Of a stretch of 64,000 nt of DNA, positions 30,840-41,147 are shown one piece after another (position 1 is the stretch's first letter; every line of letters begins with the position of its first letter). This DNA is from a virus (Duplodnaviria; Caudoviricetes). Where the stretch lies: IMG/VR virus record IMGVR_UViG_3300037067_021710. One strand, written 5' to 3'. Position numbers and translations under genes: made by a program. The notes beneath the pieces are model-generated. The model was not told the DNA's origin. It worked only from the letters and a program-made list of their open reading frames with translations, and searched no databases.

Positions 30840-31313
30840 TTAATTAAGTATAAGCTCAATTGTATTTTTAAATACCCTCACTAATTGTTCAGATATATTA
30901 AATCTAGTTGTATTTATTTCAAGACTTTTATAGATATTACCATCATTATGTCGTTTTGAAGCACAATACCAATCAATCACCATTTCAAGCAAATCAATTA
31001 ATGTCATATCATTAATACCGTTTTTAAAATGCTCAGGATGATGTCTGTTATTAGCATAATGATGATCAAGCGCTATTTTTAATTGGTCTAAAGTCTTTTT
31101 GTATTCTTCTGAACCATATGTTGTTTGTGCTAATCGAGGGGTTAACTCTGAAAATAACCCAAATTCGGGAACTTCTAATTTTGATTGATCATGAGAATCT
31201 GCGCGTTGTTTAATAACTTCAGCAAAATTATATAATAAATCTTTAACTAATATTTTATGCTCTGTAGTACTATTAACACATTCTAAGTCTTCTTTCGTCT
31301 CAATTTTAAACAT
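30840..31313 (-). CDS. HD-like protein (DUF5662-type)
   Basis: HDQSKL, HHYANNRHHPEHF, DLLEMVIDW. Confidence 0.7.
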   Translation of the reverse strand: MFKIETKEDLECVNSTTEHKILVKDLLYNFAEVIKQRADSHDQSKLEVPEFGLFSELTPRLAQTTYGSEEYKKTLDQLKIALDHHYANNRHHPEHFKNGINDMTLIDLLEMVIDWYCASKRHNDGNIYKSLEINTTRFNISEQLVRVFKNTIELILN

Positions 31314-32508
31314 TTAATTTTTTGACCTCTTTAATATAATTCCATTCTACCATTATTTGATATACAGTTCTCATATCTTTCTTATCAAACCATTGAGATA
31401 ATTGTCTCATAATAAATCCTTTATCTCCATTAGTATTTATTATTTTAACACAATCTTCTACTTTATTTTTAAATATAATTTTATCGATGCCAAGAATAAC
31501 ATCTTTTTTAATACGTTCCCAAGACTTATCAATTTGAAGTTGAGAATATTCTTCTTTTAATAGTTCAACTACATGATTAAAAAATTCTTCAGATTTTATA
31601 TTATCGCCATTGTAGTCTTCTACAGCATTTAATGTAGTATTAATAATAGAATAATGGGGAATTGAATCATTTACCCAATGAATTGCTTCAATGTCTTCAC
31701 TTTTACATTTGAATTGTATATAATCATTATCTTCTGTTTTTACATATAATACAAATCCTTCAGACCCGGTTATTGAACCATCTTCATTTTTAATATTATT
31801 ATTTTTATTATCTTGTCTTAGTTGATCATAAAATTTAGTTATGTCTTCAGTAGTATCTAATTGTTGTAGACAAGGTAAAGAAATATCTATACCAAAAAAT
31901 CCTGGCATCATTACTTTATGATTTTGCTGTTTAATTCCAAATAAAAGTTTAGCATCTAAAGAAGTATTATATTTTATAAGTAAGGGATTTCGAGTACCAT
32001 ACATTTCAAATGATAGTGAGTATTCTCCACTTAAAACTACTTCAGGTTTTTTTAATTCAGAGTACATTTTAAGAACATCATTCCACATTTCTAGAAAATT
32101 ACCAAATTTATTCTCTTTAAGAACTGGGGTTAAACGAGTCTTAAAAGTAATATATCGTTTACCCTCAATGTCTGAGTATGAAAAACATAAAATGTTAGTT
32201 CCATCTAATTTAGAATAAACATATACGCGTTTAAATTTAGGCCAATGATAATTTCTATCTCCAATATCTGTAGTAGAAAACGGATAGTGTAATTTAGGAG
32301 TGCAATAAATAATTTGAGACTCGACATCCTTTTCATTAACTTTATAGATAATTAAAGACCCATATCTGTAATCAGATCGTCTACAAAGATAGCCTTCTAT
32401 AGTATTATTAATATTAAAAGGGTCTTTTTCAATAAAAGAATTTAGTTCATTTTCTTTTACATCTAAAAGTTTAGCTGCATCTTCTATATTCATGTAGTTT
32501 CTCCTCAA
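31306..32508 (-). CDS. RNA ligase-like nucleotidyltransferase
   Basis: Motif I KLDGTN, FEMYG, EGFVL, FKCK; adjacent to PNK. Confidence 0.7.
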   Translation of the reverse strand: MRRNYMNIEDAAKLLDVKENELNSFIEKDPFNINNTIEGYLCRRSDYRYGSLIIYKVNEKDVESQIIYCTPKLHYPFSTTDIGDRNYHWPKFKRVYVYSKLDGTNILCFSYSDIEGKRYITFKTRLTPVLKENKFGNFLEMWNDVLKMYSELKKPEVVLSGEYSLSFEMYGTRNPLLIKYNTSLDAKLLFGIKQQNHKVMMPGFFGIDISLPCLQQLDTTEDITKFYDQLRQDNKNNNIKNEDGSITGSEGFVLYVKTEDNDYIQFKCKSEDIEAIHWVNDSIPHYSIINTTLNAVEDYNGDNIKSEEFFNHVVELLKEEYSQLQIDKSWERIKKDVILGIDKIIFKNKVEDCVKIINTNGDKGFIMRQLSQWFDKKDMRTVYQIMVEWNYIKEVKKLNV

Positions 32509-33416
32509 AAATCGTGGCCAGCACAGTCAAGACAAGTAATACCAAGCTCATTTCGTACCATATCAATGACCTGACGGCGATCATCGATCCAGTATAAACA
32601 ATTGTATTTATTTTTAATATGTAAATTAAATAATTCTTTTTTAACAATAGAGTCCTTTCTACGATCTCCAGTTTTTCTCATATAAACAAAATCATATCCT
32701 ATATCATTTTTTTGTAACCATTTTTCAGTATCTTCCATACAACAATCATCTCTTCCAGAGAATATAATAACATGAAATAGATGTGGTTTATAGTAACCTT
32801 TTTTAATTAAGTGTAGTAAATCTGCTATAGGTTGATTTATTTTATCTTCAATAACTTTACCAAAGTCATAAGGGCTTCTATTACCTCTTATTGCTAAAGT
32901 CCCGTCGATATCCACTATTACACAGTCACAAAGAGAATCATTATATTCTATTTTAATATCTCTCTCATGTCGCTCAATCATATCATTAAGTTCTTTAGAA
33001 TATTTCTTCCAAGTATTTTTAAGAACTTCTGCCCCTATTACAAAATCGCGTTTACTATCTCGTTCAATAGCTTCTTCAAGAGTAATAGGGAACTCTTTTA
33101 CTTCAAATATTGGAATTTCCAAACCATTTAATTCACAAAATTTAATAATAAGATTTCTGTCAGTATTATAATTATCTTTATTAAGATTCATTTTATCTAT
33201 GATAAGATTATACCTTCTACAAAGAATGTCTTCAATAGCCTTGTTTTCTATATCAGTAACTAATCTCTCATTATCTTTATTAAATTTATATGAGCTAAGC
33301 ATATGACGTAAATCATCGCGGCACACTCGTTTGTAATTTTGATTTTCTTTAATAAATTGTTTAGCCCAAGTTGATTTTCCTGAGGCTTGAATCCCGCGAA
33401 GAAACAGAATTTTCAT
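32505..33416 (-). CDS. pseT: Polynucleotide 5'-kinase/3'-phosphatase (T4 PseT-like)
   Basis: GIQASGKST, RDDLR; HAD domain DIDGT, SGR, RKDSIVK, IDDR. Confidence 0.9.
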   Translation of the reverse strand: MKILFLRGIQASGKSTWAKQFIKENQNYKRVCRDDLRHMLSSYKFNKDNERLVTDIENKAIEDILCRRYNLIIDKMNLNKDNYNTDRNLIIKFCELNGLEIPIFEVKEFPITLEEAIERDSKRDFVIGAEVLKNTWKKYSKELNDMIERHERDIKIEYNDSLCDCVIVDIDGTLAIRGNRSPYDFGKVIEDKINQPIADLLHLIKKGYYKPHLFHVIIFSGRDDCCMEDTEKWLQKNDIGYDFVYMRKTGDRRKDSIVKKELFNLHIKNKYNCLYWIDDRRQVIDMVRNELGITCLDCAGHDF

Positions 33417-33634
33417 TTATTTTATTCCTTTTATATTTGATACTGGCACATCTAAAAATGGCTCAAAACCTTTTTCATTTATTTGAGCAAAAAGAAATTG
33501 TCCGTCTATTTTTTCACCATTAAGTTTTTTCATTGTATTTGGAACATAATAGTTAATTAAATATTGAGCCATTTCAGTTTCAACATAGCAATATTTAAAA
33601 AATAATTTAGTAATTATATGCTTTATAAGTTTTT

Positions 33635-33817
33635 TCATTTCTTTTTACACACAACATTAACAATTAAACCTTGTATTGCTGCACTTTTAATAATTTCATA
33701 GTCCATATTAGCTTTTTCACATTTTACTTTAGCAGAAATAATTTCATCATTTGATATTCCTGTAAAATTATTGCACCCAACGCATAAAAAACAAATAAGT
33801 AAAACAAATTTTTTCAT
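33635..33817 (-). CDS. Small putative lipoprotein
   Basis: MKKFVLLICFLCVGC after AAGGAG. Confidence 0.45.
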   Translation of the reverse strand: MKKFVLLICFLCVGCNNFTGISNDEIISAKVKCEKANMDYEIIKSAAIQGLIVNVVCKKK

Positions 33818-34639
33818 AAAAATTCTCCTTATAATTAATATTTCGGTTTCCATTCTGGTAATCGAACTTTATCAGAAAGATATCCGACAATATACCAGTT
33901 TTTACCATTATTAAATTCGGCCATAAGAACAATTTCATCTGAATGTTCAACAACATTTTCAGTAATTGAGTATCGAAAAAAATTCTCTTGCTCTGAATAA
34001 TGTTTTACAAAATTAATATTTAATAAGCTTTTAATATCAAAATAGTCTACAGTTAAAGCATTTCTTCTGTCAGTAAAAGCAGAAACATACTGTTTTATAA
34101 ACATTAATTTCTCCTTAATTAAACAAAAATAGTTGCTATTAAAAAAGTTATTACTATTGTATAAGCAAATAATATAAGCCCGATCTTTTTATTATTATCA
34201 GCCATCATTATTGCTCCCATAATAGTATTACCAAATATAGCTAACACTGAGGAAAAAGTGCTATTAATAAAAATAAAAAGAAAAGATAAAAAATATAAAA
34301 TAATACTTACTTTATATTTTTTAAAATCAGACTCAAAAAACTTTTTATATTTTATTATTTTAGACTCAAAATAACGATCATAAATATATTCAAAGTATGT
34401 TCCATAGTATCTGTAAATTTTACCATAGTACTTATAATTAAATACTTTACATATAAACCCAATAAATCCACTTATTTGTAAAGTCCTAAAATCTGATTTC
34501 TTTGAGAAAAATATTTTAATTGGAAATACTCCTAAAAAATGCCTTTCTCTAACTTTAAATTGAGTGAGTAAATATTTCCAGTCTATTAACATTTTTTGAA
34601 CCCAATTCATTGTAACTCTCCTTTATAATATATAAAAGA

Positions 34640-34668
34640 ATAATACAAAACCAATAAGAAATTATAAC
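34640..34668 (-). promoter_or_regulatory. Putative early promoter
   Basis: GTTAT-N13-TTTTGTATTAT upstream of the 34610 gene. Confidence 0.6.
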
Positions 34669-34687
34669 AAAAAAAAATGATTAATTT

Positions 34688-35044
34688 TTATAAAGTTGCT
34701 AATTTAGCATCCCGCTTTATTTTCTCCTTAGCTTGCTCTTTTGCTATTTTTTCAGCATGCTCTTTATATACTGAGTCATAAATTACTAATTCTTGGCATT
34801 TCTTTATATAATTTATGTTATCAATCATTGAAATTTTTGATATATCAGCCCAGTCTAACTTATAATTTTTACAATATTGTCGTTTTGCTTTCCTATTAAA
34901 AAGATTAGAAGCTTCTTGTATTCGATCAAAATAGGTGGGTTTTTTAAATATCGCCTCTTCTTTAGTTGAAGCTTTAGTTGAAACTTTTACAATCTTAGTA
35001 ATTTGACCAATTTGTTCCTGCATTTGAGACTCCTTAAAAATCAT
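34688..35044 (-). CDS. Hypothetical protein, last gene of the putative late operon
   Basis: ATGA overlap with 35041-35268. Confidence 0.5.
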   Translation of the reverse strand: MIFKESQMQEQIGQITKIVKVSTKASTKEEAIFKKPTYFDRIQEASNLFNRKAKRQYCKNYKLDWADISKISMIDNINYIKKCQELVIYDSVYKEHAEKIAKEQAKEKIKRDAKLATL

Positions 35045-35268
35045 TTTTTAGGAAATATAATCCATTTTTTAAGCAAAGTATCTTTATTAATTTCTATTTC
35101 TCTAGAAATTTTATCACCACCGCGGATTCCAGCACTTTGAGACAAAATAACTTTGTCATTTTTAAATCCTTTTACTTTCCAAGTAGCAAAGGTTTTTCTA
35201 CTTGCCTTAACTGTTTGGCCTATTTCAAGGTCTTGGTCAGATTCTAATAATGATTTATATTTTTTCAT
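35041..35268 (-). CDS. MKKY-leader small protein
   Basis: MKKYKSLLES matches the MKRYxxLxE leader. Confidence 0.55.
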   Translation of the reverse strand: MKKYKSLLESDQDLEIGQTVKASRKTFATWKVKGFKNDKVILSQSAGIRGGDKISREIEINKDTLLKKWIIFPKK

Positions 35269-35270
35269 TT

Positions 35271-36134
35271 TTATGACCCAGTTATAAAACTTACTGTATA
35301 ATTTGAAGCCATAGATATATTATCTACTGAAAGTATAGTAGATGAAATTGTTAATACATAATTTGTTAGAGCAGCCAACGGGGCTGAAGGAGTTATCGTT
35401 ACTATTTTATTAGTTGTATCCCATGCAAATGTTAATGTAATAGACGGAGACATAGTAATATATGAAGAAGTGTTTGCTGTATTCATTTCAGCAGCAAAAG
35501 TAATTACTAAAGGAGCATTTATAGAAACTCCTGTAGCTCCAGTAGCGGGCACAGTTGTAGAAACTGTAGTAATACCTAACGTTGAAATATAATTATCTAC
35601 ATGAGTTTGTATTTCAGTTTCTAATTTACCTCTAAAGAACGTTAACATATATGTTTTCTTTACAAGTTCTTTATTCCACAATGTACCCACAAGTTTTGGG
35701 GCAGTAAGTATAAGTGGAATTTTTCTTCCAGTATGGTCTTTAACAACATCCACTATAATATCATTTTGATCAAAATCTCTTGCAGTAGTAGAAGTAGTTC
35801 CACCAAAAGGTACTATCATTTTTATTGGCATTAGCTCAGTTAACGACATTGCTCCTACTGAATTTTCGCCAGAGCCATCAACCATTTGAAATAATTCAAC
35901 TTCATTAAATGGGTATTGAATATAAACATTATCAACTACTTCACTGCTATAAGTATTAGTTTTATCTCCCAACAAATCTCCTTGAAGATCTGCATTATAA
36001 TCTGTATTAGTTGCTATAATTCGTAGAATTTGAGTTTTTGTTCCGATAAAATTTAACTTAACATCATTAAGTTTTCGTAATATTGGAGCTAGCCCAGCTC
36101 CTATTTTATCATATACTGATTGTTTATATGCCAT
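35271..36134 (-). CDS. Virion structural protein with a C-terminal Ig-like (Big_5/SbsA-type) domain
   Basis: STTVPATGATGVSINAPLVITF...TITPSAPLAALTNYVLTI...YTVSFITG. Confidence 0.65.
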   Translation of the reverse strand: MAYKQSVYDKIGAGLAPILRKLNDVKLNFIGTKTQILRIIATNTDYNADLQGDLLGDKTNTYSSEVVDNVYIQYPFNEVELFQMVDGSGENSVGAMSLTELMPIKMIVPFGGTTSTTARDFDQNDIIVDVVKDHTGRKIPLILTAPKLVGTLWNKELVKKTYMLTFFRGKLETEIQTHVDNYISTLGITTVSTTVPATGATGVSINAPLVITFAAEMNTANTSSYITMSPSITLTFAWDTTNKIVTITPSAPLAALTNYVLTISSTILSVDNISMASNYTVSFITGS

Positions 36135-36152
36135 TCTTTTTATAGCCTCTTA

Positions 36153-37229
36153 TTAACTTCCAGTTGTAAAAGTAAAATCATAATCATCAATCATCGAAAT
36201 AAGATTAGAACTTTGCACATTTCCAGAAACTGTAACAGTATATAATGAACCCGAAAGTAAATTAGTTGTAGGAGTTAATGTAACACTAGTGCTATCAGTA
36301 TTCCAAAGAAAATCTAAAGAAATAAAAGGGTTTATATATACTTCGCTCTCAACACTGTCTTCATTCATTGTAGTATTAAAATTTATTGTAAGAGACCCAC
36401 TAATTGAATTTGCTAATGACCCAGACAATGGATTTGTTGAAACAACTTCAGGAGAGTCTGGCATTATATTTGCTCCAGTTATTCTATCTCCTGGTGCAGA
36501 GTCTTCACCATTATATTGTTCATACAACCCAATAAACATATCTATATTATCAACAGGATGAAGTCCGTCAGTTTCTAATATAATATCATTAAAAAAGACA
36601 GTTGTATCATGCTGAAGGTCCTGGATTCTACCAGTCAATAACTGCTGAGCAAACTCCCAAGCATACTGCCCTTTAGCTACTCCACTATCAAGATTTATTA
36701 TTGCTGGAAAAGTAGTAGCAACTCCATTAAGTATAATAGGAACATTAATAAGAGTCTTTTTAGAACTCATATCAACAAGAATAGAAATAGCTCGAAAGTA
36801 GTCAAATCCCCCGGAGAAAAATGAAATCATCGGCAAAACTAATTTCATTGGCCTTACTGAAATTTTACAATTAAAAGTTTCACTAGTATATAATAAAGAG
36901 TCCGCAAAATAATTGTAAGTTTCAGGTCTTAAATTATCATCATCATAATTAAATGCAGTAAACGGAAATTCTGCCCCACTAATTTGAAAAATTCTTGATG
37001 CATCTTGTAGTGCTCGTTCACGGATATCAGTGAGAATAAATCTATTTTTTCCAGATAATTGAGCTTCTTCAACTGATTTTTCTATAGGGTCAGTTTTTGT
37101 TGAAGTATACTCATAAGTAAGTTTGTCTTCATATAAAAGTTGATAATAAAAATAACGAATACTTTCCATCAAAGCAATTATAACAGGCGGATAGTTAGCA
37201 TCAGTAGTTGAAAACCAAGGAGTTGCCAT
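36153..37229 (-). CDS. Virion structural protein with a C-terminal Ig-like (Big_5/SbsA-type) domain
   Basis: PEVVSTNP...LTINFNTTMN...LTPTTNLLSGSLYTVTV...YDFTFTTG. Confidence 0.65.
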   Translation of the reverse strand: MATPWFSTTDANYPPVIIALMESIRYFYYQLLYEDKLTYEYTSTKTDPIEKSVEEAQLSGKNRFILTDIRERALQDASRIFQISGAEFPFTAFNYDDDNLRPETYNYFADSLLYTSETFNCKISVRPMKLVLPMISFFSGGFDYFRAISILVDMSSKKTLINVPIILNGVATTFPAIINLDSGVAKGQYAWEFAQQLLTGRIQDLQHDTTVFFNDIILETDGLHPVDNIDMFIGLYEQYNGEDSAPGDRITGANIMPDSPEVVSTNPLSGSLANSISGSLTINFNTTMNEDSVESEVYINPFISLDFLWNTDSTSVTLTPTTNLLSGSLYTVTVSGNVQSSNLISMIDDYDFTFTTGS

Positions 37230-37387
37230 TATTTAGACCCGATATTCACAACTTTAATGTCATTATCATCTTTATTAAGAGTCTCTTCAGGTATAGGAGC
37301 TTGCCATTTTTTCAATGGTAGCTCAGGATGAGAGCCTAGATCTGAGCTAATTGTTATTTCTTTTATAATTGGTTTATATCGTTTCAT
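37229..37387 (-). CDS. 52-aa MKRY-leader peptide (missed by the ORF track)
   Basis: MKRYKPIIKEITISSDLGSHPELPLKKWQAPIPEETLNKDDNDIKVVNIGSK; TAATG overlap with the next gene; TTACTAATAAAT directly upstream. Confidence 0.6.
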   Translation of the reverse strand: MKRYKPIIKEITISSDLGSHPELPLKKWQAPIPEETLNKDDNDIKVVNIGSK

Positions 37388-37390
37388 AAT

Positions 37391-37402
37391 ATTTATTAGT
37401 AA
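37391..37402 (-). promoter_or_regulatory. Putative late promoter TTACTAATAAAT
   Basis: Heads the structural operon 37387-34688. Confidence 0.5.
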
Positions 37403-37403
37403 C

Positions 37404-38783
37404 TTATTCTTTAATAACTACTTTTGGTCTGATTCTAAATGTGTTAACGTCAAAAATAAATGGAATACGAAAAAGAGGTCCATTATTGTTTTTAATAGCC
37501 CCTAAAAATACAATATCCTCTTCTAATTCCCATTCATCATTTCTATCTGGAAAATATTTTCGCTTAAAATATAAAGGCCTAAACACAGACAAAACTAATC
37601 GGCAACGAGATCTCCATCCACCACCACCCATAATATCTTCATCTACATATACATGATGGTCTATTTCTTCAGGAGTTTTAAATTTTAGCCCATTTCTTGT
37701 ACGATTTTCATTAGCTTGTACAACTAATAACGTATGAACTCCATGTCTTTCAGTTATTCTATGAAATTCATCCGCCCCTTTTTCAACCCCATCACCATAA
37801 TTACCTGAAAGTTCTTTTACCATACTAGCCAAGTCTATTATTACTAGACAGTATTCATCATCTTTAAATACTCCATTTTGCCTGAAAAGGTTTTTAGATT
37901 GCATTATAAGATAATCAACATCATTTAATGATAAAGAAGACTCTTTTATATGAATATAATTTTTTATTTGAGAAAATTGAGATAATGATCGTTCTATTCT
38001 CGCATTAAAACGAACATCTCTATTAGCCCCATATAATTCTGAGAACGGCTCTCCGAGTCTCATAGCCATTGCTCTGTCCATTTCTGAGTCAATTGCATTT
38101 TCAGTTCCTATTTTAATAACAGGAACTCCTTTTGAAATAAGTTCCAATTGAATATTTTGAGCCATAGCAGATTTTCCTACTCCGCTAGGGCCAAATAATA
38201 AAGTCATTTCATTAGGTTCTGCACACCTAATTGCTCGATCTTTTATAATCTTATACCCTAAACTTCTTTCTCGAAGTCCTTCATTGCGCTTTTGTAATGT
38301 AATTGTGTATTGATCTACTAAATCTTTAGCAGTTAATAATCGTTTTTCACTATGAAGTTGAGAAATATTTTCTTTAATTGAGTCTGCTAATCGAAGTAAT
38401 TTATCAGAATCTAATCCTTGCCCCCGTTGAACTTCAGTAAGAACTTCTTCAATTATTTCAAGATTAAGTCTATTTTTAACATAATTTTCTTTAATACATT
38501 GTACAACAAAATCTATATTTTCAAAATCAGTATATTCAGTTTGTAATTTTAAAAGATGATCTTTAGTAATTTTATCTGATTTTTGCTTAGTATAATGAAA
38601 AAGTTCATCAATAGTAAATTGAAGATTTGCTTTTGTTATTTCTGTAATAGCTTCACAAATTATTCTAACTTCATCATTTAATATAAGAGACAAATCTAAT
38701 TGATAAGCCTCTTCTGGTTTTTGCATAAGATAAGCAGCAAACTTTTCCTCATTATGAAGATTAGATGAAAGAATACTTGACAA
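37404..38783 (-). CDS. DnaB-like replicative helicase
   Basis: Walker A GPSGVGKS, Walker B VIIDLA, LVVQAN, KNNNG. Confidence 0.8.
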   Translation of the reverse strand: MSSILSSNLHNEEKFAAYLMQKPEEAYQLDLSLILNDEVRIICEAITEITKANLQFTIDELFHYTKQKSDKITKDHLLKLQTEYTDFENIDFVVQCIKENYVKNRLNLEIIEEVLTEVQRGQGLDSDKLLRLADSIKENISQLHSEKRLLTAKDLVDQYTITLQKRNEGLRERSLGYKIIKDRAIRCAEPNEMTLLFGPSGVGKSAMAQNIQLELISKGVPVIKIGTENAIDSEMDRAMAMRLGEPFSELYGANRDVRFNARIERSLSQFSQIKNYIHIKESSLSLNDVDYLIMQSKNLFRQNGVFKDDEYCLVIIDLASMVKELSGNYGDGVEKGADEFHRITERHGVHTLLVVQANENRTRNGLKFKTPEEIDHHVYVDEDIMGGGGWRSRCRLVLSVFRPLYFKRKYFPDRNDEWELEEDIVFLGAIKNNNGPLFRIPFIFDVNTFRIRPKVVIKE

Positions 38784-38973
38784 TAATTTCTCCTATATAT
38801 CTGAACGAAACTGCTTAAACTTTTTGCGAATTAAAATTAAAAAAGCTTTTAAAATTTCTTCATCTTTAAGTTCTTTTAGAGGTAAATAAGTAGTGCCTAA
38901 AATGAATTCATAAATCTCTAAAGCTTTCTTTTCTGCAAGAGATAATTCTTTATATTTAGGCATAATTTCCTCA

Positions 38974-39942
38974 TTAAAGTCTTCTTGGTCGTTTTTGTAT
39001 AAAAAATGTTTGTCTATTTATTTTATTAGTCATGTCTGACTCAAGAGGTAATTCAAGAGATTCAAAATATATTTTTAAAAGTTTTACATTACGTTTGCAA
39101 TCAATTATATATTGCCGTAATTCTATATCTAGTATAACAAAATCAACTAAAGTAAAATTTTTCCGAACATCATTTTCAGCTTCTTGTAACTTTAATTTCC
39201 ATTGTCGAGGAACTATACAGCACTCTTTCCACAAATTAAAATACAAATCATCAACAGACTCAAATTGATTTACAATTTGAAGTAATATTTCTGTAGGAAT
39301 ATAAGGAACTGCATTAGTTATATTATCGCTTTTATCTCCATGAATAGCTTTATATAATTGTATTGCTTTTCCTTTACTTGGGTCAAAACCAAATTTTTTA
39401 TTAAAAGAAGTTATTGTATAAATCTCATTATAATTATACCAATCTACGTCTTCAGTTATATTCCTGGCCCAGTCAAGATCATTTGAAATTAATAAAGCTT
39501 TATTATTTTCATCTATTTGTAATTGTTTAATTAAGGGGTCAGTTAAATCATCAGCTTCTAATGAGGGTACTTTAATAACATGAAATTTATTTGAATAACT
39601 TTTTAAAATTTCAACAAAAATAGCAAGAGCTTCATAAATGCCTTTTGGTACTGATTTTTTTAATCGAGTACTTTTATACTCAGAGTCTATAAGTTTTCTA
39701 ATGTGAAGAACAGTTTCTGGATTATCAAAAAGCAAATATATATCTGAAGAATTATAAGCAAATTTCTTTTGTAAATTTCTCAACATTTTTAAAGTGTGGT
39801 CTATAGCGCAAGAAGCTAATTTAGTTTCATCAGTAGTAATGCAATCTTTTATAGAAACTACAAATGATCTCCACCAAAGATTTGTTGCATCAATTATAAT
39901 ATGCTGATACTTCAAGTTATATTCCTTTAAGTATATATACAA
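38974..39942 (-). CDS. 5'-3' exonuclease / flap endonuclease (T4 RNase H-like)
   Basis: IIDATN, FD, EYKSTR, EADD, SNDLDW, GDKSDNI. Confidence 0.88.
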   Translation of the reverse strand: MYIYLKEYNLKYQHIIIDATNLWWRSFVVSIKDCITTDETKLASCAIDHTLKMLRNLQKKFAYNSSDIYLLFDNPETVLHIRKLIDSEYKSTRLKKSVPKGIYEALAIFVEILKSYSNKFHVIKVPSLEADDLTDPLIKQLQIDENNKALLISNDLDWARNITEDVDWYNYNEIYTITSFNKKFGFDPSKGKAIQLYKAIHGDKSDNITNAVPYIPTEILLQIVNQFESVDDLYFNLWKECCIVPRQWKLKLQEAENDVRKNFTLVDFVILDIELRQYIIDCKRNVKLLKIYFESLELPLESDMTNKINRQTFFIQKRPRRL

Positions 39943-39963
39943 AAAATTTAAAAATTATAAAAT

Positions 39964-40404
39964 TTATTGTTCTGAATCAGAAAGCTCTGCATCACTAAAT
40001 TTTTCTAAAAGCTTAGCAACTCTTCTGGCAATTTTAATATCTTCAACGTTTAAATTATCACCAACATTGCCAAGTCTTCCTGCATCTGCCTCTTTTTCAA
40101 TTTGATAAAAATCTTTTATAGAAGTAATAAGGCCTAAAATAAATTCATTATCAGACTTACTAAGTACACCCAATAAATGAGTTAAAGAAACTAAGTCAAT
40201 ATCTTCATTTGGGTCTGTTAGCTTAGTGAGAATTTTTGCTGTTACTACACTTTTAAGTTTATTTTCAGCTGTAGCTTTTGCAACTTGAGCATCAACAAAA
40301 GCAATAAGATTTAAACTACGAATACTTTTAATTTGAGTTCGATCAAGCTCTGCTTGAGAAGGTATTTCAATTTCTTTAATAATGTTTTCTACATCAGTTC
40401 CCAT
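39964..40404 (-). CDS. Hypothetical helical protein
   Basis: 146-aa ORF downstream of the Mor-like gene. Confidence 0.5.
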   Translation of the reverse strand: MGTDVENIIKEIEIPSQAELDRTQIKSIRSLNLIAFVDAQVAKATAENKLKSVVTAKILTKLTDPNEDIDLVSLTHLLGVLSKSDNEFILGLITSIKDFYQIEKEADAGRLGNVGDNLNVEDIKIARRVAKLLEKFSDAELSDSEQ

Positions 40405-40407
40405 ACT

Positions 40408-40866
40408 TTATAACCTATTAATTACATTTTTTATATCATATAACTTTGAATTCATTAAAATATCCATAAATTCAGGAGTAGTTTCATCAACAATCTTTTT
40501 AATTTTTTTACCTAAAGAAATTGAATTAAACTTTTCTTCATCAGAATTTTCTAATTTTAAATAGTCTTTAATTGTAGGCCAATCCCATTTTTGAACTTCT
40601 CGAAGGTAAAAACAAGCAGTTAAAATTTTTAAATCTTTGTATTGTTCTTTTGTAGGTATTCTTATTTCAGCGCCATCATAATATGAAATAAGTTTACTTA
40701 AAGACTCCGAGTCAAGCAGTTTTGCTAAAATAAATAAATCATTATCTTGAGCCTCTAAAGTATACATAAATAAAGATAAAGCATTAAATGCTTTTTCAGT
40801 ATTATACTCAGAAGACTCAAAATATTCTTTTAGAGATTGCTCTAATATTTTATTAAAAGGTTGCAT
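40408..40866 (-). CDS. Possible Mor-like DNA-binding protein
   Basis: LAKLLDSESLSKLISYYDGAEIRIP resembles the Mor dimerisation motif. Confidence 0.4.
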   Translation of the reverse strand: MQPFNKILEQSLKEYFESSEYNTEKAFNALSLFMYTLEAQDNDLFILAKLLDSESLSKLISYYDGAEIRIPTKEQYKDLKILTACFYLREVQKWDWPTIKDYLKLENSDEEKFNSISLGKKIKKIVDETTPEFMDILMNSKLYDIKNVINRL

Positions 40867-40868
40867 AA

Positions 40869-40906
40869 GACTCTCCCTATAATAATTAGTACTTTTAGGG
40901 AGAGCC
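40869..40906 (-). promoter_or_regulatory. RBS-sequestering hairpin with a TACTAAT promoter in its loop
   Basis: GGCTCTCCCTA-AAAGTACTAATTATTA-TAGGGAGAGTC-TT-ATG. Confidence 0.6.
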
Positions 40907-41147
40907 TTAAGCTTAAATTAAGTGAATACTACTAACGGTAAGTCCCTTCACTATACATATTTAGACCCTGCTCTTCCAGAAAAAACATTACTTGACGTAC
41001 CGGAAGGCCATAACGCTCAGAAATAAGACGAGCATTACAAGTAGGTTTTCGGGTTTTATTTCCAAAATAAGAGGAAAGAACCCACGACTGTTGTTTTTTG
41101 TTGAGAGTAACTTGTGTTGGTTTAGCCATTGTGAAACTCCTTAAATT

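Noticed and set aside
38793-38963. Small ORF MPKYKELSLAE as another leader-bearing protein
   Set aside because: It matches the leader only partly and lies in the replication operon with no TACTAAT site.
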